Positions 30,370 through 41,060 of a DNA stretch of 64,000 nt are shown one piece after another. The notes beneath the pieces were generated by a model that had not been told where the DNA came from, made no database searches, and saw only the letters and a program-made list of their open reading frames with translations. Made by a program: the position numbers and the translations under genes. The stretch comes from a virus, in IMG/VR virus record IMGVR_UViG_3300033145_001156, positions 1-64,000 of that record. One strand, given 5' to 3'. How positions within the stretch are numbered: the first letter of the stretch is position 1; every line of letters starts with the position of its first letter.

Positions 30370-31143
30370 ATGATGGGCAGGGAGATACGTAGGGTTCCGC
30401 TGGATTTTGATTGGCCGTTGAAGAAGGTATGGAGCGGGTTCGTGAACCCGTGGTATGAGTTCTGCAAGAGATGCGAGGCATGTGATGGCACAGGACTCAA
30501 CCTAGAGTCAGCGCGCATCGAGCGGGCGTGGTACGACTTTGAGGGGTTGGGTGTCAAGTGGTGTTACGGGATTACCCAAGACGAGGTCAGGGCGCTGGTC
30601 AAGGCGGGGCGAATATCAGACTTGACGCATAGGTATCAGGTGGATCGGAGTGGGCGCGGCTGGGTTCCGACATGGGTTCCGCAATGGGTTCCGGTGAAGA
30701 TCGGGAGGCGACTGCCAGTTTTGCAATATCCTACCCCTGTCGGCGTGAATGCGTGGGCTAAGTCTGGTTGTTTGGGTCACGACACTATTAACCAAGGCAT
30801 TTGTGTGAAGACCCGTTGTAAGCGATTAGGTGTTTGGGGCTATTGTGAGGTCTGTGGCGGGGATGGGGATGTATGGAAACCATCTCGGGCAGAGGGAGAA
30901 GCTGAGGATTGGAAGGAGACGCCGCCGCCAGAGGGCGAGGGGTGGCAGTTGTGGGAGACGGTATCTGAGGGAAGTCCTGTCAGTCCAGTGTTTGCTACAA
31001 AGGAAGAGTTCGCTGAGTATTTGGTCGGCGAGGGGTACAGCGAGAAGGCGGTTGAGGGGTTCATCGGGGATGGGTGGTGTTTCAGCGGGATGGTCGTGGA
31101 CGGTAAAATATACGATGGCATTGAGAGTTGTGGATTGCGCTAG
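30370..31143 (+). CDS. Hypothetical phage protein with CxxCxGxG motifs
   Basis: MGREIRRVPLDFDWP, CEACDGTG, GWQLWETVSEGSPVSPVF. Confidence 0.75.
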   Translation: MMGREIRRVPLDFDWPLKKVWSGFVNPWYEFCKRCEACDGTGLNLESARIERAWYDFEGLGVKWCYGITQDEVRALVKAGRISDLTHRYQVDRSGRGWVPTWVPQWVPVKIGRRLPVLQYPTPVGVNAWAKSGCLGHDTINQGICVKTRCKRLGVWGYCEVCGGDGDVWKPSRAEGEAEDWKETPPPEGEGWQLWETVSEGSPVSPVFATKEEFAEYLVGEGYSEKAVEGFIGDGWCFSGMVVDGKIYDGIESCGLR

Positions 31144-31416
31144 GGCGCAGGAGGAGATGATGGCTAGGAAGAAGAAGTTTACCAGGATTAAGAAGCAGGT
31201 ACGTGAGGGGGCAGAATTGGGTCGAACGCCCGTGGTGACTCCCCCATACGTGTTGGTTGAGATGTATTTCAAGCCTGATGGGAGAGGTAAGCCATATGTG
31301 GGTCGGGGGTTCGCCAAGTGTTGCCCCAAGGATGTTTGGGATGAGGCGCGGGGGGTTGCCATTGCTAAGGGGCGGGCTGAGGTAGACATCGCGCGGCAAC
31401 TCTGCGCGTAAAACCC

Positions 31417-31445
31417 TTGACAATTCCCTGGAATTGTGGTATAAT
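31417..31445 (+). promoter_or_regulatory. Consensus sigma70 promoter (AACCCTTGACAA family)
   Basis: TTGACA-17-TATAAT with extended TG. Confidence 0.92.
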
Positions 31446-31942
31446 TAGAGAAGGAAGGAGGACGTGATGAAGCAGGAGTTTCCGGAGAAGCTCATAGTGA
31501 AGCAGGAGTTCTCGGTTGATTCGCCAGCAAAGCTGTTGGTGAAGTTCTCGGTGGACGGGGATCGGCGGTACGTGGCGGGGGAGTTGGAGCGGGACTGTTC
31601 CGGCCTGGACGAGGCGCTGGGGCTGTTCGACGAGATCAGGGAGAGGTACAAGGGCAAGGTCGGCCCGAGCCCGCTGGAGGTGTTCGTCAGCTTGCTGAGG
31701 TTAGAGCAGGTGGTAGACCTGTTCACGGAGGAGACGGCAGCAGCCATGCCGTTCCCGCTGGAGAAGGTCAAGGATAAGAGCTACGTCGGCAAGACGGTCG
31801 GGGACGTGTTCATGGCCGAGGAGGGACTGGTGAACTGGGTTCAGAAGAAGATCAAGTTCGATGAGGAGAGCGACATCACGAAGAGGTTGGGGATCGCAGC
31901 GTGCGTGTGGTATTTCAGTGATAATGAGGAAGGGAGTTACTG

Positions 31943-33100
31943 ATGGTACAAGAACGGGAAGTTGATGGATCTGTCATTTTCGACAAGGGGCAGTACGCGG
32001 TCAGGTTTGACAAGTTCTCGAAGAAGGATTCGACGGACGGGCTGCCGATCGCCGAGTTGGTGAACTGGGGCGGCGAGGAGCTCATGATAGTCCGATACAA
32101 CACGGTTATTCCAGAAGGGAGAGGGCCTTCTGGGAGCGTGAGGGTTGGGGAGTTGTTGTTGTTAATGCGGGCGTTCGGGTGCGATGTGTCCAAGATGCCC
32201 AAGCGGATCAACGAGGACACGCTGGCCGATGCCCTGATGGAGGCCGCTCTTCAATTAGAGGGGTGCCAGAACGAGGTCGTCGTTCACGTGACCAAGGAAG
32301 GAAGTTGGTTGTCCTGGATCGAAGGGATGGGGTTGCCGCAGGACGAGACGTTTCAGTTCAGGTTGTCCCAGTTCACGACCCTGAACGAAGAAGGTATCCC
32401 GTGTCCCAGGGTGCATCCTGCGAGTGAGGATTACGGGAGGGTCTTCTTCGTAAAACTCGAAGTCGTTGGGGGAGAGTTTGATGGCATAGAAGTGCGCTGC
32501 ATGGTTCCCTACGCTTACGCGGTTAATGAGAGGGGCGAGCCGACGTTGCCGACATACACAGACCGAAAGACTGGCGAGAAGGTGAAAGCAGTAGGGTATG
32601 TGAGGACTGTGAAGTTTGAGAGCCTTTTTCTTGATGATGAGTATGACTGCGAGGATGGCCCGAGCGACAACGTCGTTGCGATAATGGCGAAGCACATTTC
32701 CAATAAGACTGCTCTCGGGCGGGTGAACAAGTACGGGGCGGACCTGGACTCCATGATGAAGCCGCCAGAAGGGTCGGTGCCAAAAACCCAGCCCCCTCTA
32801 TCAGAAGGGGAAGAAGAGGCCCTGTCGAAGATCGAGCATGATACCATCGGGGATGACCAGCTGCGGGACCTGATGGCAAAGCATGCCACCATGCCGGTGT
32901 TCAAGGAAGGCACCTGGGTGTTCACCAAGGATGGGCTGGCATGGGCGAAGGACATCCTTGCTGGGTGGTCGGACAAACACAACCTGCCCAGGAAGTGTAG
33001 CCAATGGAACAAGGCGCAGCGGTCCCTGGTAGTGAAACTGCTGGATGGTGAACTGGCTGGCAGGGAATGGTTCGGAGAGGAAGAAGAAAGTGCCTTCTGA
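31943..33100 (+). CDS. Hypothetical protein, possibly ssDNA-binding
   Basis: 385-aa ORF; acidic tail ending in Phe (GEEEESAF); lies upstream of primase. Confidence 0.4.
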   Translation: MVQEREVDGSVIFDKGQYAVRFDKFSKKDSTDGLPIAELVNWGGEELMIVRYNTVIPEGRGPSGSVRVGELLLLMRAFGCDVSKMPKRINEDTLADALMEAALQLEGCQNEVVVHVTKEGSWLSWIEGMGLPQDETFQFRLSQFTTLNEEGIPCPRVHPASEDYGRVFFVKLEVVGGEFDGIEVRCMVPYAYAVNERGEPTLPTYTDRKTGEKVKAVGYVRTVKFESLFLDDEYDCEDGPSDNVVAIMAKHISNKTALGRVNKYGADLDSMMKPPEGSVPKTQPPLSEGEEEALSKIEHDTIGDDQLRDLMAKHATMPVFKEGTWVFTKDGLAWAKDILAGWSDKHNLPRKCSQWNKAQRSLVVKLLDGELAGREWFGEEEESAF

Positions 33101-33578
33101 CTTGGGGTTCAGCGAATCGATTTTCAGGGGCAGGAAGAAGGTGAAGACGCGGATGGTCGAGCCTGTGCTTGACACCCCGTACAGGCTGGCGCGGTACTGG
33201 CATGACAGCATGTGCGAGGTCGGGGTCGAGCCTCCGTGCGGGCCGGGCGCGATGTGCGCTATGGCGAAGAAGGTTCTCGCGCTGTGGGGGCCGAGGTTGG
33301 CGAAGGCGAAGGTGGATGAGCTGGTCGAGGGGGCGCGCAAGAGAGGTACTTGGGCGTCCCTGAAGCCGTTGCTGAGGGGGAAGTGATGAAGATATTGCGT
33401 CTAGTAGTGATTAGTGGTCTTGTCGGGTTCGTGGTGATGTATTGCAGCATGGCAGTCTTCCCTCGTCCTTGGGGGTTCATTACCGGGACGTTGGGATGCG
33501 TGGCTGGTGGGTATCTCGTTAGTATATGGAGTGATCGCAAGGAGTGACGAGGACTTTGCGCAAAGTTTGGGGGAAGTG

Positions 33579-33869
33579 ATGCTGAGGGCATGGGTATCTG
33601 AGAAGGACAGAGCGGAGATAGGCGACGTCCGGCTGCATCTGCTGGCGTACATCCAGGGGTATGTCGAGGGCCACGGCTATCCCCCGACTGTCAGGGAGAT
33701 CCGTGACGTGTCGGGGTTCGCCTCGACGAACACTGTCCAGTACCACCTGGACAGGTTGGTTGAGATGGGGCTGCTCACGAAGGTTCGCGGGAAGTCGCGG
33801 ACGCTGAGGATCACTGATGAAGCGAGGAAGAGAATTGCGTTCACGTGGGAGGATGATGATGCGAAATGA
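33579..33869 (+). CDS. LexA-type DNA-binding domain protein (no peptidase domain)
   Basis: HGYPPTVREI...GFASTNTVQYHLDRL...GKSRTLRI. Confidence 0.88.
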   Translation: MLRAWVSEKDRAEIGDVRLHLLAYIQGYVEGHGYPPTVREIRDVSGFASTNTVQYHLDRLVEMGLLTKVRGKSRTLRITDEARKRIAFTWEDDDAK

Positions 33870-34019
33870 AGGTTCTGAAGGAGCATGGCTTAGCGCAGCT
33901 GCCCTGTTGGTGGTGTTGTTGGGATTAGGGTTGGAGGCATTGCGACCAGGATTGGGCGTCAATACAGCATTCTTGTTAGGCGCAATAGTAGGTGGCATGT
34001 TTTGCATCGTGATATACGG

Positions 34020-34970
34020 ATGAACCCGTTTGAGGCGGCGAGGGAGAAGGACATCGTGGACGTGATCGGTCGGGATGTGAGGCTGAGGAAGTCCGGCCAC
34101 GTCCACAAGGGGCTGTGCCCGTTCCACGATGACTATGAGCCTTCCCTGGTGGTCTATCAAGACTCATTCTGGTGCTTCGGTTGCGGCGTTGGTGGGTCAG
34201 TTATAGACTACGTGATGTTGCGGGAGCGATGTGGTTCGCTGGAGGCTGCGAGGAAACTGGTTGGCGGGAGCTTTCTCCCCTATGTGCGGCGGCCCGCCAG
34301 ACAGAAAACGATTGCGCCTGCCGTGCCTCGATGGGTTCTTGGATACTGGCACGGAAAGTTGCTGGCGGGCTGCCGCACGTACTTCCATTCGCGAGGGTTC
34401 ACGGACGAGACGATTGACTTGTTACAGTGGGGCTGGGATGGCAGGCGGTTCACGATCCCGGTCTGGGACGGAGTTCCTGGAGAGAGCAGGGTTCACCAGG
34501 TCGCGAGGAGGCGATGCGATGAAGTAGAGATGAGGCAGTTGAGGGAAGAGATGCCTGAGGCCGATGAGCAGACTTTGCGGGAGGCGCTCCCGCAGAAGTA
34601 TTTGAATATCTGGGGATATGGTGGAAATCATCTTTACGGCAAGTGGAGCCTGAAGGGGCCTGTTCTGTACGTGTTCTTTGGGTTGCTGACGGCGGCGATG
34701 GCGATCCAGGACGGACTTCCTGCGTGCAGTCCGAGCAACGGCGTCGGGAGCTGGCAGGATGAGTGGAGTCAGTATTTCCAAGAGGCTGACACGGTATGGG
34801 TTCTCCAGGACAACACGCCGTCCGAGAGGGACGCAACGCACCTGGTCGCGGCCAGCATCGGGGGTCATGCAAGGGTCGTGGTGACTCCTGGAGAAGGAGA
34901 CTATGCAGACTACAAAGTGGGTGGGGGTACTGTCAAGGAGTTCTTGGAGTACATAGAAAAGGAGAATTGA
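34020..34970 (+). CDS. DnaG-like primase (CHC2 zinc finger + TOPRIM) with degenerate acidic motifs
   Basis: CPFHDD..PS, FWCFGCG.GG.VIDY; TOPRIM region VFFGLLT and QDNT. Confidence 0.8.
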   Translation: MNPFEAAREKDIVDVIGRDVRLRKSGHVHKGLCPFHDDYEPSLVVYQDSFWCFGCGVGGSVIDYVMLRERCGSLEAARKLVGGSFLPYVRRPARQKTIAPAVPRWVLGYWHGKLLAGCRTYFHSRGFTDETIDLLQWGWDGRRFTIPVWDGVPGESRVHQVARRRCDEVEMRQLREEMPEADEQTLREALPQKYLNIWGYGGNHLYGKWSLKGPVLYVFFGLLTAAMAIQDGLPACSPSNGVGSWQDEWSQYFQEADTVWVLQDNTPSERDATHLVAASIGGHARVVVTPGEGDYADYKVGGGTVKEFLEYIEKEN

Positions 34971-35995
34971 CGTGGGGATAAGTCCAGCAGCATTGATGGC
35001 GTTGTTGAAAGGTGATTTTGAGAATGCGATAGTGGCCTCGACGCCAGGGGGCATTGAGGCTCAGGAGGCGGCAGGGCAGAAGAGCTTCGTGGCTGATACT
35101 ACTTTGCCCATCAAGTGTGATTATTGCACTCGGGAGCAGTTGGAGCAGATGGGGATAGTGTTTGGCGAACCCGTGGATGACTTGTTCGTAGAGGTGCAAT
35201 TACCCGAGGGGCGGAAGAAGGTTGCCACCTCGCATTCGATGCATTCTGATTTGTTGGATGACAGGGGGCGCAAGCGGGCGGGCATCTACTACAAAGCGGC
35301 CTTCTATGATCGCAGAGCAGGTATAAGTTTGGAGCATCGGTTTCATGTCTTTTCGGAACCCGTTGGTGGTTGGTCTGGGTATGACAGGCACACAACGCCA
35401 TTTATTGTGGTGATAAGAGACTGTGGTGAGATTGTGTGGGAGGCAGAGGTAGTTGGCCCCGTAGCTGAGGAGTATTCGGAAGGGGGCGTGTTTGAAAAGA
35501 AGTGGAAGATTGTGGCCAGACATTGGCTGGATGAGTACTATCCTGATTGGGAGAACCCATTAGCACATTGGGATTAGGACTTTGCGCAAAGCGCATGAAA
35601 GGGAGTTGATGATGGAGTCCTTGGAGAAGAGGCAGTTGAGGATTTTGTTCTCAGCGGTTAGAAGGGCTTATGAGATGCTAACGACTGGCGGCGACATAGA
35701 TCGGATCGGGGCAGCAGCAAAGATTCTCCGCGAGGCGAACGAGGCCGTGATGCGGGAGGAAGAGTGGGTAACTCTAGGTGACCTTGAGAGTGGGTCTTTG
35801 TTTACAAAGGTTGACGGTGGATTATATCTCAAGAGAGCTGCCTTTAAAGACTATGCATATCCTTGTGTTGGGGTCGGTGATGGTGTTACGCATTACTTCG
35901 CACCCTCCATCGTAGTCCGTAAAATCCAGGCTCCGACAATAGATTGATTAGAGGAGGAATGATGAACGCGTTCAAGACTGAGGGGATGGTGAATA

Positions 35996-36898
35996 GTGAA
36001 GATAAGTTCTATCGGCTGGTGTGACTACTCAGGAGGAAGCCTAAATATAGTGGTTCGCGGTTCTGCCAAGGGAGATTGTGAGTGTGGTCCTGGCTGTACG
36101 AATTGTTATGTCAAGGCTTTTGACAACAGGTTTCATTTCCTGCCCGAGAGGACGATGTGGTATCCTGATAAGCTGAAGAAGCTGGCGACGATGAGGTTCC
36201 CCGAGTTCAGCCCGAAGCGGGGTGCGCCTCACAGGCCGATGTGCTTCGTGGCCGATACTGGAGACCTGTTTCATGAAGATGTACCAGACTTGTTTCTGAT
36301 GCACGTATTTGATGTGCTCCGTGGTAGGCCAAATGTCATTTGGCAGATACTCACGAAGCGCCCGCGCCGCATGGGGGACATCATAACAAGGTATTGTAGA
36401 GACCGTGCTAACATAGCAAGATTGCGAGACAGCATTTGGTTGGGCGTCTCTATCTCCAACCAGCGCACTGCCGACGAGCGAATCCCGATCTTGCTAGACA
36501 TACCGCCAGCGGCGAGGTGGGTTAGTATAGAGCCAATGTTGTCAGCGATGGACATCTTGCACTATCTGGACGGATGCCCTGAGCCTTGCGGCGGCGGTCA
36601 TCTGGGTTACGTCTCACATGACATGGCTATTGATGCAGAGTGCCCAGAATGGGAAGGCGCGAGCCTTGGCTACCAAGAGCCAGAATGGGTACAGACAGCC
36701 CCATGCCTGGACTGGGTGGTATTAGGCGCAGAGAGCGGTTCGAATCGGCGGCCTTTCAAAGTGGAGTGGGCTGCTGATATTAAGCAACAATGCGATGCAG
36801 CTGGTGTGGCCTTTTTCGGAAAACAGGACAGTGGATTGCATCCAGGCAAGCCGCTGTTGGTGGACGGGAGAGAATGGAAAGAATGGCCAAAGATATAG
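35996..36898 (+). CDS. Gp37/Gp68 (DUF5131) family protein
   Basis: SSIGWCD, CGPGCTNCY, GDLFHE, WQILTKRP, WLGVS, WVSIEP, DWVVLGAESG, FFGKQ. Confidence 0.9.
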   Translation: MKISSIGWCDYSGGSLNIVVRGSAKGDCECGPGCTNCYVKAFDNRFHFLPERTMWYPDKLKKLATMRFPEFSPKRGAPHRPMCFVADTGDLFHEDVPDLFLMHVFDVLRGRPNVIWQILTKRPRRMGDIITRYCRDRANIARLRDSIWLGVSISNQRTADERIPILLDIPPAARWVSIEPMLSAMDILHYLDGCPEPCGGGHLGYVSHDMAIDAECPEWEGASLGYQEPEWVQTAPCLDWVVLGAESGSNRRPFKVEWAADIKQQCDAAGVAFFGKQDSGLHPGKPLLVDGREWKEWPKI

Positions 36899-37278
36899 AT
36901 ACATCTAGCTCATTCAAATTAGATATATATGTCTCTCCATTTCTTCCGATATATTTTCCAGCCAAGAATGAGGGAGAACTAGATTCAGTATTGCATCAAG
37001 TACAATTACCAAATAACCGTGTAGTTGTTAGCGAAGAGCTAATGGAAGAGATAAAAAGAACAGTGATGGGTGAAAAGATAGACTATGACATGGCATGTAC
37101 TTACATAGAATCACTAACAGACGCTAGGCCCAATTCACTTGACGAGGCAGAGTTAGAAGTCTTTGCCCTAGCGGTTGATGAGTATGAACAGATTCATTAC
37201 CCTATTGATTTGCCTAATCCTATTGAGGCAATTAAGTTTCGTAAAGAACAGGAGCAAATAGATGAGTGCCAACCGTGA
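36883..37278 (+). CDS. Protein ending in a HigA-antitoxin-like N-terminal domain (no HTH)
   Basis: ELEVFALAVDEYEQIHYPIDLPNPIEAIKFRKEQ. Confidence 0.65.
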   Translation: MAKDIDTSSSFKLDIYVSPFLPIYFPAKNEGELDSVLHQVQLPNNRVVVSEELMEEIKRTVMGEKIDYDMACTYIESLTDARPNSLDEAELEVFALAVDEYEQIHYPIDLPNPIEAIKFRKEQEQIDECQP

Positions 37279-37425
37279 TATAGACGGCAAACTCAAGCAG
37301 AAGTTTGGTGACACTGAGCCACACGTTGGTGATTGGAAGCCTAAGAAGCCTAGGTTAGTCATTGGATGTCTATTGCCAGTGCTGATATTGGCTAGTATAA
37401 TCCTTAGTATATTGTGGATGCTATA

Positions 37426-38235
37426 ATGGCTGAGATATCTATCTTGATGAATGGGGTTGGCGTAAGGGCAACATTGAATAAGCGCAAGACTCAGACTCGT
37501 AGACTTATCTTACCTCAACCTACTGGTAAAAACCTAGAGATATTAGAGCGTAGTTATGGTGGTGATTGTGATATTGATAACTATTATCAAGCATTAACCG
37601 CAGATGATATGGGTTACGAATCCACTACGTTACGTTGTCCGTTTGGGGGTTATGGAGACTTTCTCTACGTTCGGGAGACTTGGTGCAAGGTGCTGACAGA
37701 AGTCCATTACACGGGAGAAGGTCATGGGGGTGATAGTGATCTTTGCTGTGGGTATAGAGCTACGATGACTTACACGTGTGGGAAGCCCATGCCTGAGAAC
37801 CCGTTTCGCAAGTGGAAGCCTTCTATTCACATGCCGAAGAAACGTGTTAGGCTGTGGTTAGTTAATGAAGGAACTGGGGTTGAGCAAGTTCAGGATATTA
37901 GTAAGGCTGATGCAATTGCAGAGGGAATACAGTGGAGCAAAGCATTTCCAGAAGGTTATACAATAGACGCCTCAGAAGACTTGGATGGCTCTATGGTTGG
38001 TGGTAATTATGAGATTTGCTCTTATGATGCTATACAGTGTTTTAGTAAGCTATGGGATTCAATCTATGCTAATCCTCGTCCGGTGCGCATCAAGGGTGTG
38101 ATTGACCATTATGTAAGTTATCCCTGGGATGATATTCGGGAGGTCAGTGAGCATCGGGGTAAGCTATGGTTCATAATAGGTAACGCATGGTTGTGGAAAC
38201 TAAGATATAGAATTAGAGAGAATAGTAATAAGTAG
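37426..38235 (+). CDS. ASCH/PUA-like phage protein; paralog of 46354..46986
   Basis: KTQTRR, CPFG..GDFLYVRETW, WKPSIHMPK, VQDISKADAIAEG. Confidence 0.8.
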   Translation: MAEISILMNGVGVRATLNKRKTQTRRLILPQPTGKNLEILERSYGGDCDIDNYYQALTADDMGYESTTLRCPFGGYGDFLYVRETWCKVLTEVHYTGEGHGGDSDLCCGYRATMTYTCGKPMPENPFRKWKPSIHMPKKRVRLWLVNEGTGVEQVQDISKADAIAEGIQWSKAFPEGYTIDASEDLDGSMVGGNYEICSYDAIQCFSKLWDSIYANPRPVRIKGVIDHYVSYPWDDIREVSEHRGKLWFIIGNAWLWKLRYRIRENSNK

Positions 38236-38476
38236 GGAGAAATAAATATGAGTAGACAGTACAAGCGCGTATGTGACAATTGCCTAGACGAAATGATAGA
38301 GATGTGGGGTTGGTGGCGGGTTGAGAGAGTGAGGCGATATCCCTCTCCAGAGGTAAGTCATGCTTATTTGACTGAACCCAGAATAGAATGGGATTTCTGT
38401 AGTCAAGAGTGCATGGTAGAAAAAGTACGAGAATGGACAGAGGAACAGGCAAAGCTAGCGCGGCTGAGAGCAAGTG

Positions 38477-38641
38477 GTGATTAAGACAGAGACTGACTAT
38501 CTCAACGCCCTGTCAATGGCTGAGGCATGGATGGATGCCGAGCCTGGGTCAAAAGAGGAAGACATGCTGAGACTATTAGTGGAAGACATTATCGCATATG
38601 AGGAGGTTCACTATCCGATGGGGGAAGATGATGAAGCTTGA
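38477..38641 (+). CDS. 54-aa stand-alone HigA-like N-terminal domain, not in ORF track
   Basis: Manual translation MIKTETDYLNALSMAEAWMDAEPGSKEEDMLRLLVEDIIAYEEVHYPMGEDDEA; overlaps both neighbours. Confidence 0.7.
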   Translation: MIKTETDYLNALSMAEAWMDAEPGSKEEDMLRLLVEDIIAYEEVHYPMGEDDEA

Positions 38642-38820
38642 GCATAAACCGCCAGAAACAGAAGAAGAGATAGACACTTATCTTCGACTACATGGCTATG
38701 ATCCGAGGGAAGTCGCTAGGTGGGGTAAAGAGATAGCGACGTTAGCGATGTTAAACGTGCAGGTAGCAAGAGTAAGGAAGCTCCTAGAGTGGCTGTTGGG
38801 AGAAAAGCGAGTGGAGGAAG

Positions 38821-39195
38821 ATGATGGAGATTGAGCGGATGCGACGGATATTGGCAGAACGGTGCATGGGCTGGCACAAAATGGAGATGGAACTTGAACT
38901 TGGTGCACGAGCGATATATTGGGTGGACGCAAGTGGCGAGGCTAGGGCTAGCGTGTCACGCTGGAAGCCTGATCAAAAGTGGCAAGACTGCTTACTTACC
39001 ATTGAGGAAATGCGGAAGGCAGGATGGAAGGATGACCTAGCATGGCTTCCTGACGGTACATTTCGGGTACGTTTCAATCGTGGCGATGCATGGGGCGAGT
39101 CATGCAATGTGGTAGATGGTGAATTGTCAGAGCCACACGCTCGTATGCTTGCCGCCGCCCGCGCCCTGGAATCGGAGAATACTGATGGACACTAA
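38821..39195 (+). CDS. ABA-sandwich/BC1872-like protein
   Basis: LAERCMGW...WKPD...EEMRKAGW...ARMLAAARAL. Confidence 0.6.
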   Translation: MMEIERMRRILAERCMGWHKMEMELELGARAIYWVDASGEARASVSRWKPDQKWQDCLLTIEEMRKAGWKDDLAWLPDGTFRVRFNRGDAWGESCNVVDGELSEPHARMLAAARALESENTDGH

Positions 39196-39541
39196 GCAGA
39201 TGCGGGAGACGCTTGCGACTAGGGCGATGGGTTGGGTATGGAATGAGTTCGAGGGGTTGGAGATGTGGGGAATCCTGAGCCACGGGGGGATAAAATTGGA
39301 GTGCTGGCTTGATGATTGGGAGCCAGATAAGAACGGTAAGCAGATGATGGATGTTATCGAGAAGATGCGGGAGAAGGGGTGGCGCTGCGTCGTGAACGAT
39401 GCTCTCTACCCGACTATCACGGCGGTCTGGTGGCGCAAGGACAATATATTCTGCCAGTTCGACGCCAAGGGTGAATCGGAATGCGAAGCTCGTATGTTGG
39501 CCGCAGCTCGTGCCCTGGGGATGGAGGATAGTAATGGCTGA
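39185..39541 (+). CDS. ABA-sandwich/BC1872-like protein (tandem paralog)
   Basis: LATRAMGW...WEPD...EKMREKGW...ARMLAAARAL. Confidence 0.6.
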   Translation: MDTKQMRETLATRAMGWVWNEFEGLEMWGILSHGGIKLECWLDDWEPDKNGKQMMDVIEKMREKGWRCVVNDALYPTITAVWWRKDNIFCQFDAKGESECEARMLAAARALGMEDSNG

Positions 39542-41060
39542 ACAAATAAACTGTCCGCGGTGCTTATCTATTCAAGTACAATCGTGGTGGGGATGTTGGC
39601 GCTGCATGGATTGCGGGCACAAGTGGTGGCGATTCGCGGGATTCAAGAAGATACACATGGGAATCTCAACGGTGGGCAGATGGGAGTCGGGGGAATAATG
39701 GATGAGCATGTTCAGCAGGGTGGGTTGCGCGGTGAAAAGGTTCAGTACCCAGATGGCGTTGGTTGCTGTGTTTGGTATCCCTGGGAAGATGACACAGACA
39801 CAGGATTGTGTTTTGACTTCCCTGAAGAAGACATAGATGATTTGATAGTACTACTTCAGAAGCTCAAGGTAGTAGAAGCCAGGACATATAAGGAGGAAGA
39901 ATGATGAGCATTGATCTGCCGAATGGTTCTGTGATAGGTAGTAATTATTATGTGCAGGGCCGGTTGCGCGGAGAGAGGGTTCATGGCGGGTATCGTGTTT
40001 GGCGTCCATTTGAGGATGATCCGTGGGTGTTTGTACATTGTGATTTTTCAATGAAGGACTTGGATGATTTGATAACCCTTTGTCAAGTATTTAAGAATAT
40101 GGAAAAGGAGGAGCGGGAGTGTCAGTAAAATTGCAGGAAGTACGATATGGTACGAATGATATTGGTGTTGCCATAGAAATCAGGGAGGCCCAAAATGGGG
40201 GACTTGTACCCAGAATGATCATTAGAACTTACGGAACCCTGGAGGATGACAATACAGGAGTATTGAAGTTAAGCCTAGATTCTTGGGATGTTGTGAAGGC
40301 TGTTGGCAATGAGGTGTTTGCCGCATGGCAGATGCTTGACAAGTGATTTACGGGGAGACGGGAAGGAGGAAGAGTGATGAGCGCTGATCTGCACATTCAC
40401 GTGTACGAGGGGTTGACGAAGGATGACCTGAGAAGGTTTTTCAGTCACACGATGGGGTCGAAGTGGTTCACACTAAGTAATTTGTGGACTCCGGAGGAGC
40501 ACCAGGAGAGTTCCAACAAGATGATGGATAGTCCTGACGTCTGGGTGGGCAGCGTTTCATGGCTCAAGGCGGCACTTCTTGAGGACGGGGACAAGTACAT
40601 CCCGTCACCCGTCATGAAAGTGAGTGAGATCGTCGGGGAGGATCTGCCCGTGGTAGATGATGTATTGATCGGGCGGATCAAGGAAGCGCTGGCGCTGGAG
40701 AACACGACGGGTTACAATGTGGCGTCGCCGGAGACGGTTGTTGCGTTTCTGGAGGAGCATCGCGGGAAGCGGGTCTTCACGATCAGTTGGTAGGGAGGTG
40801 TCTGTGAGAGTGCGGGATTTGCGAGGTCTTGATGGATTGGGTGTGCTAGTTAAGAGAAGCTCTAAGCTCAAGAATGTCGAGCGGGATTTCCAAGAGCAGT
40901 TGGCAGAGGCGGTCGAGAAGTTCAGGGAGAAGATGGGAGAAGAACCTAACACCATCCTGCTGGGGGTCCAGTTCGCTAGCTACGAGACGGGGATGGAGAC
41001 GCTGGTGAGTAAAGATGCCCCATTTTCAGGGTTCATTCTCTATAATATCCCTGACGTCCC

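Noticed and set aside
36735-36755. GGTTCGAATC as a tRNA T-loop
   Set aside because: Inside the DUF5131 CDS with no cloverleaf; no canonical tRNA was found in the window
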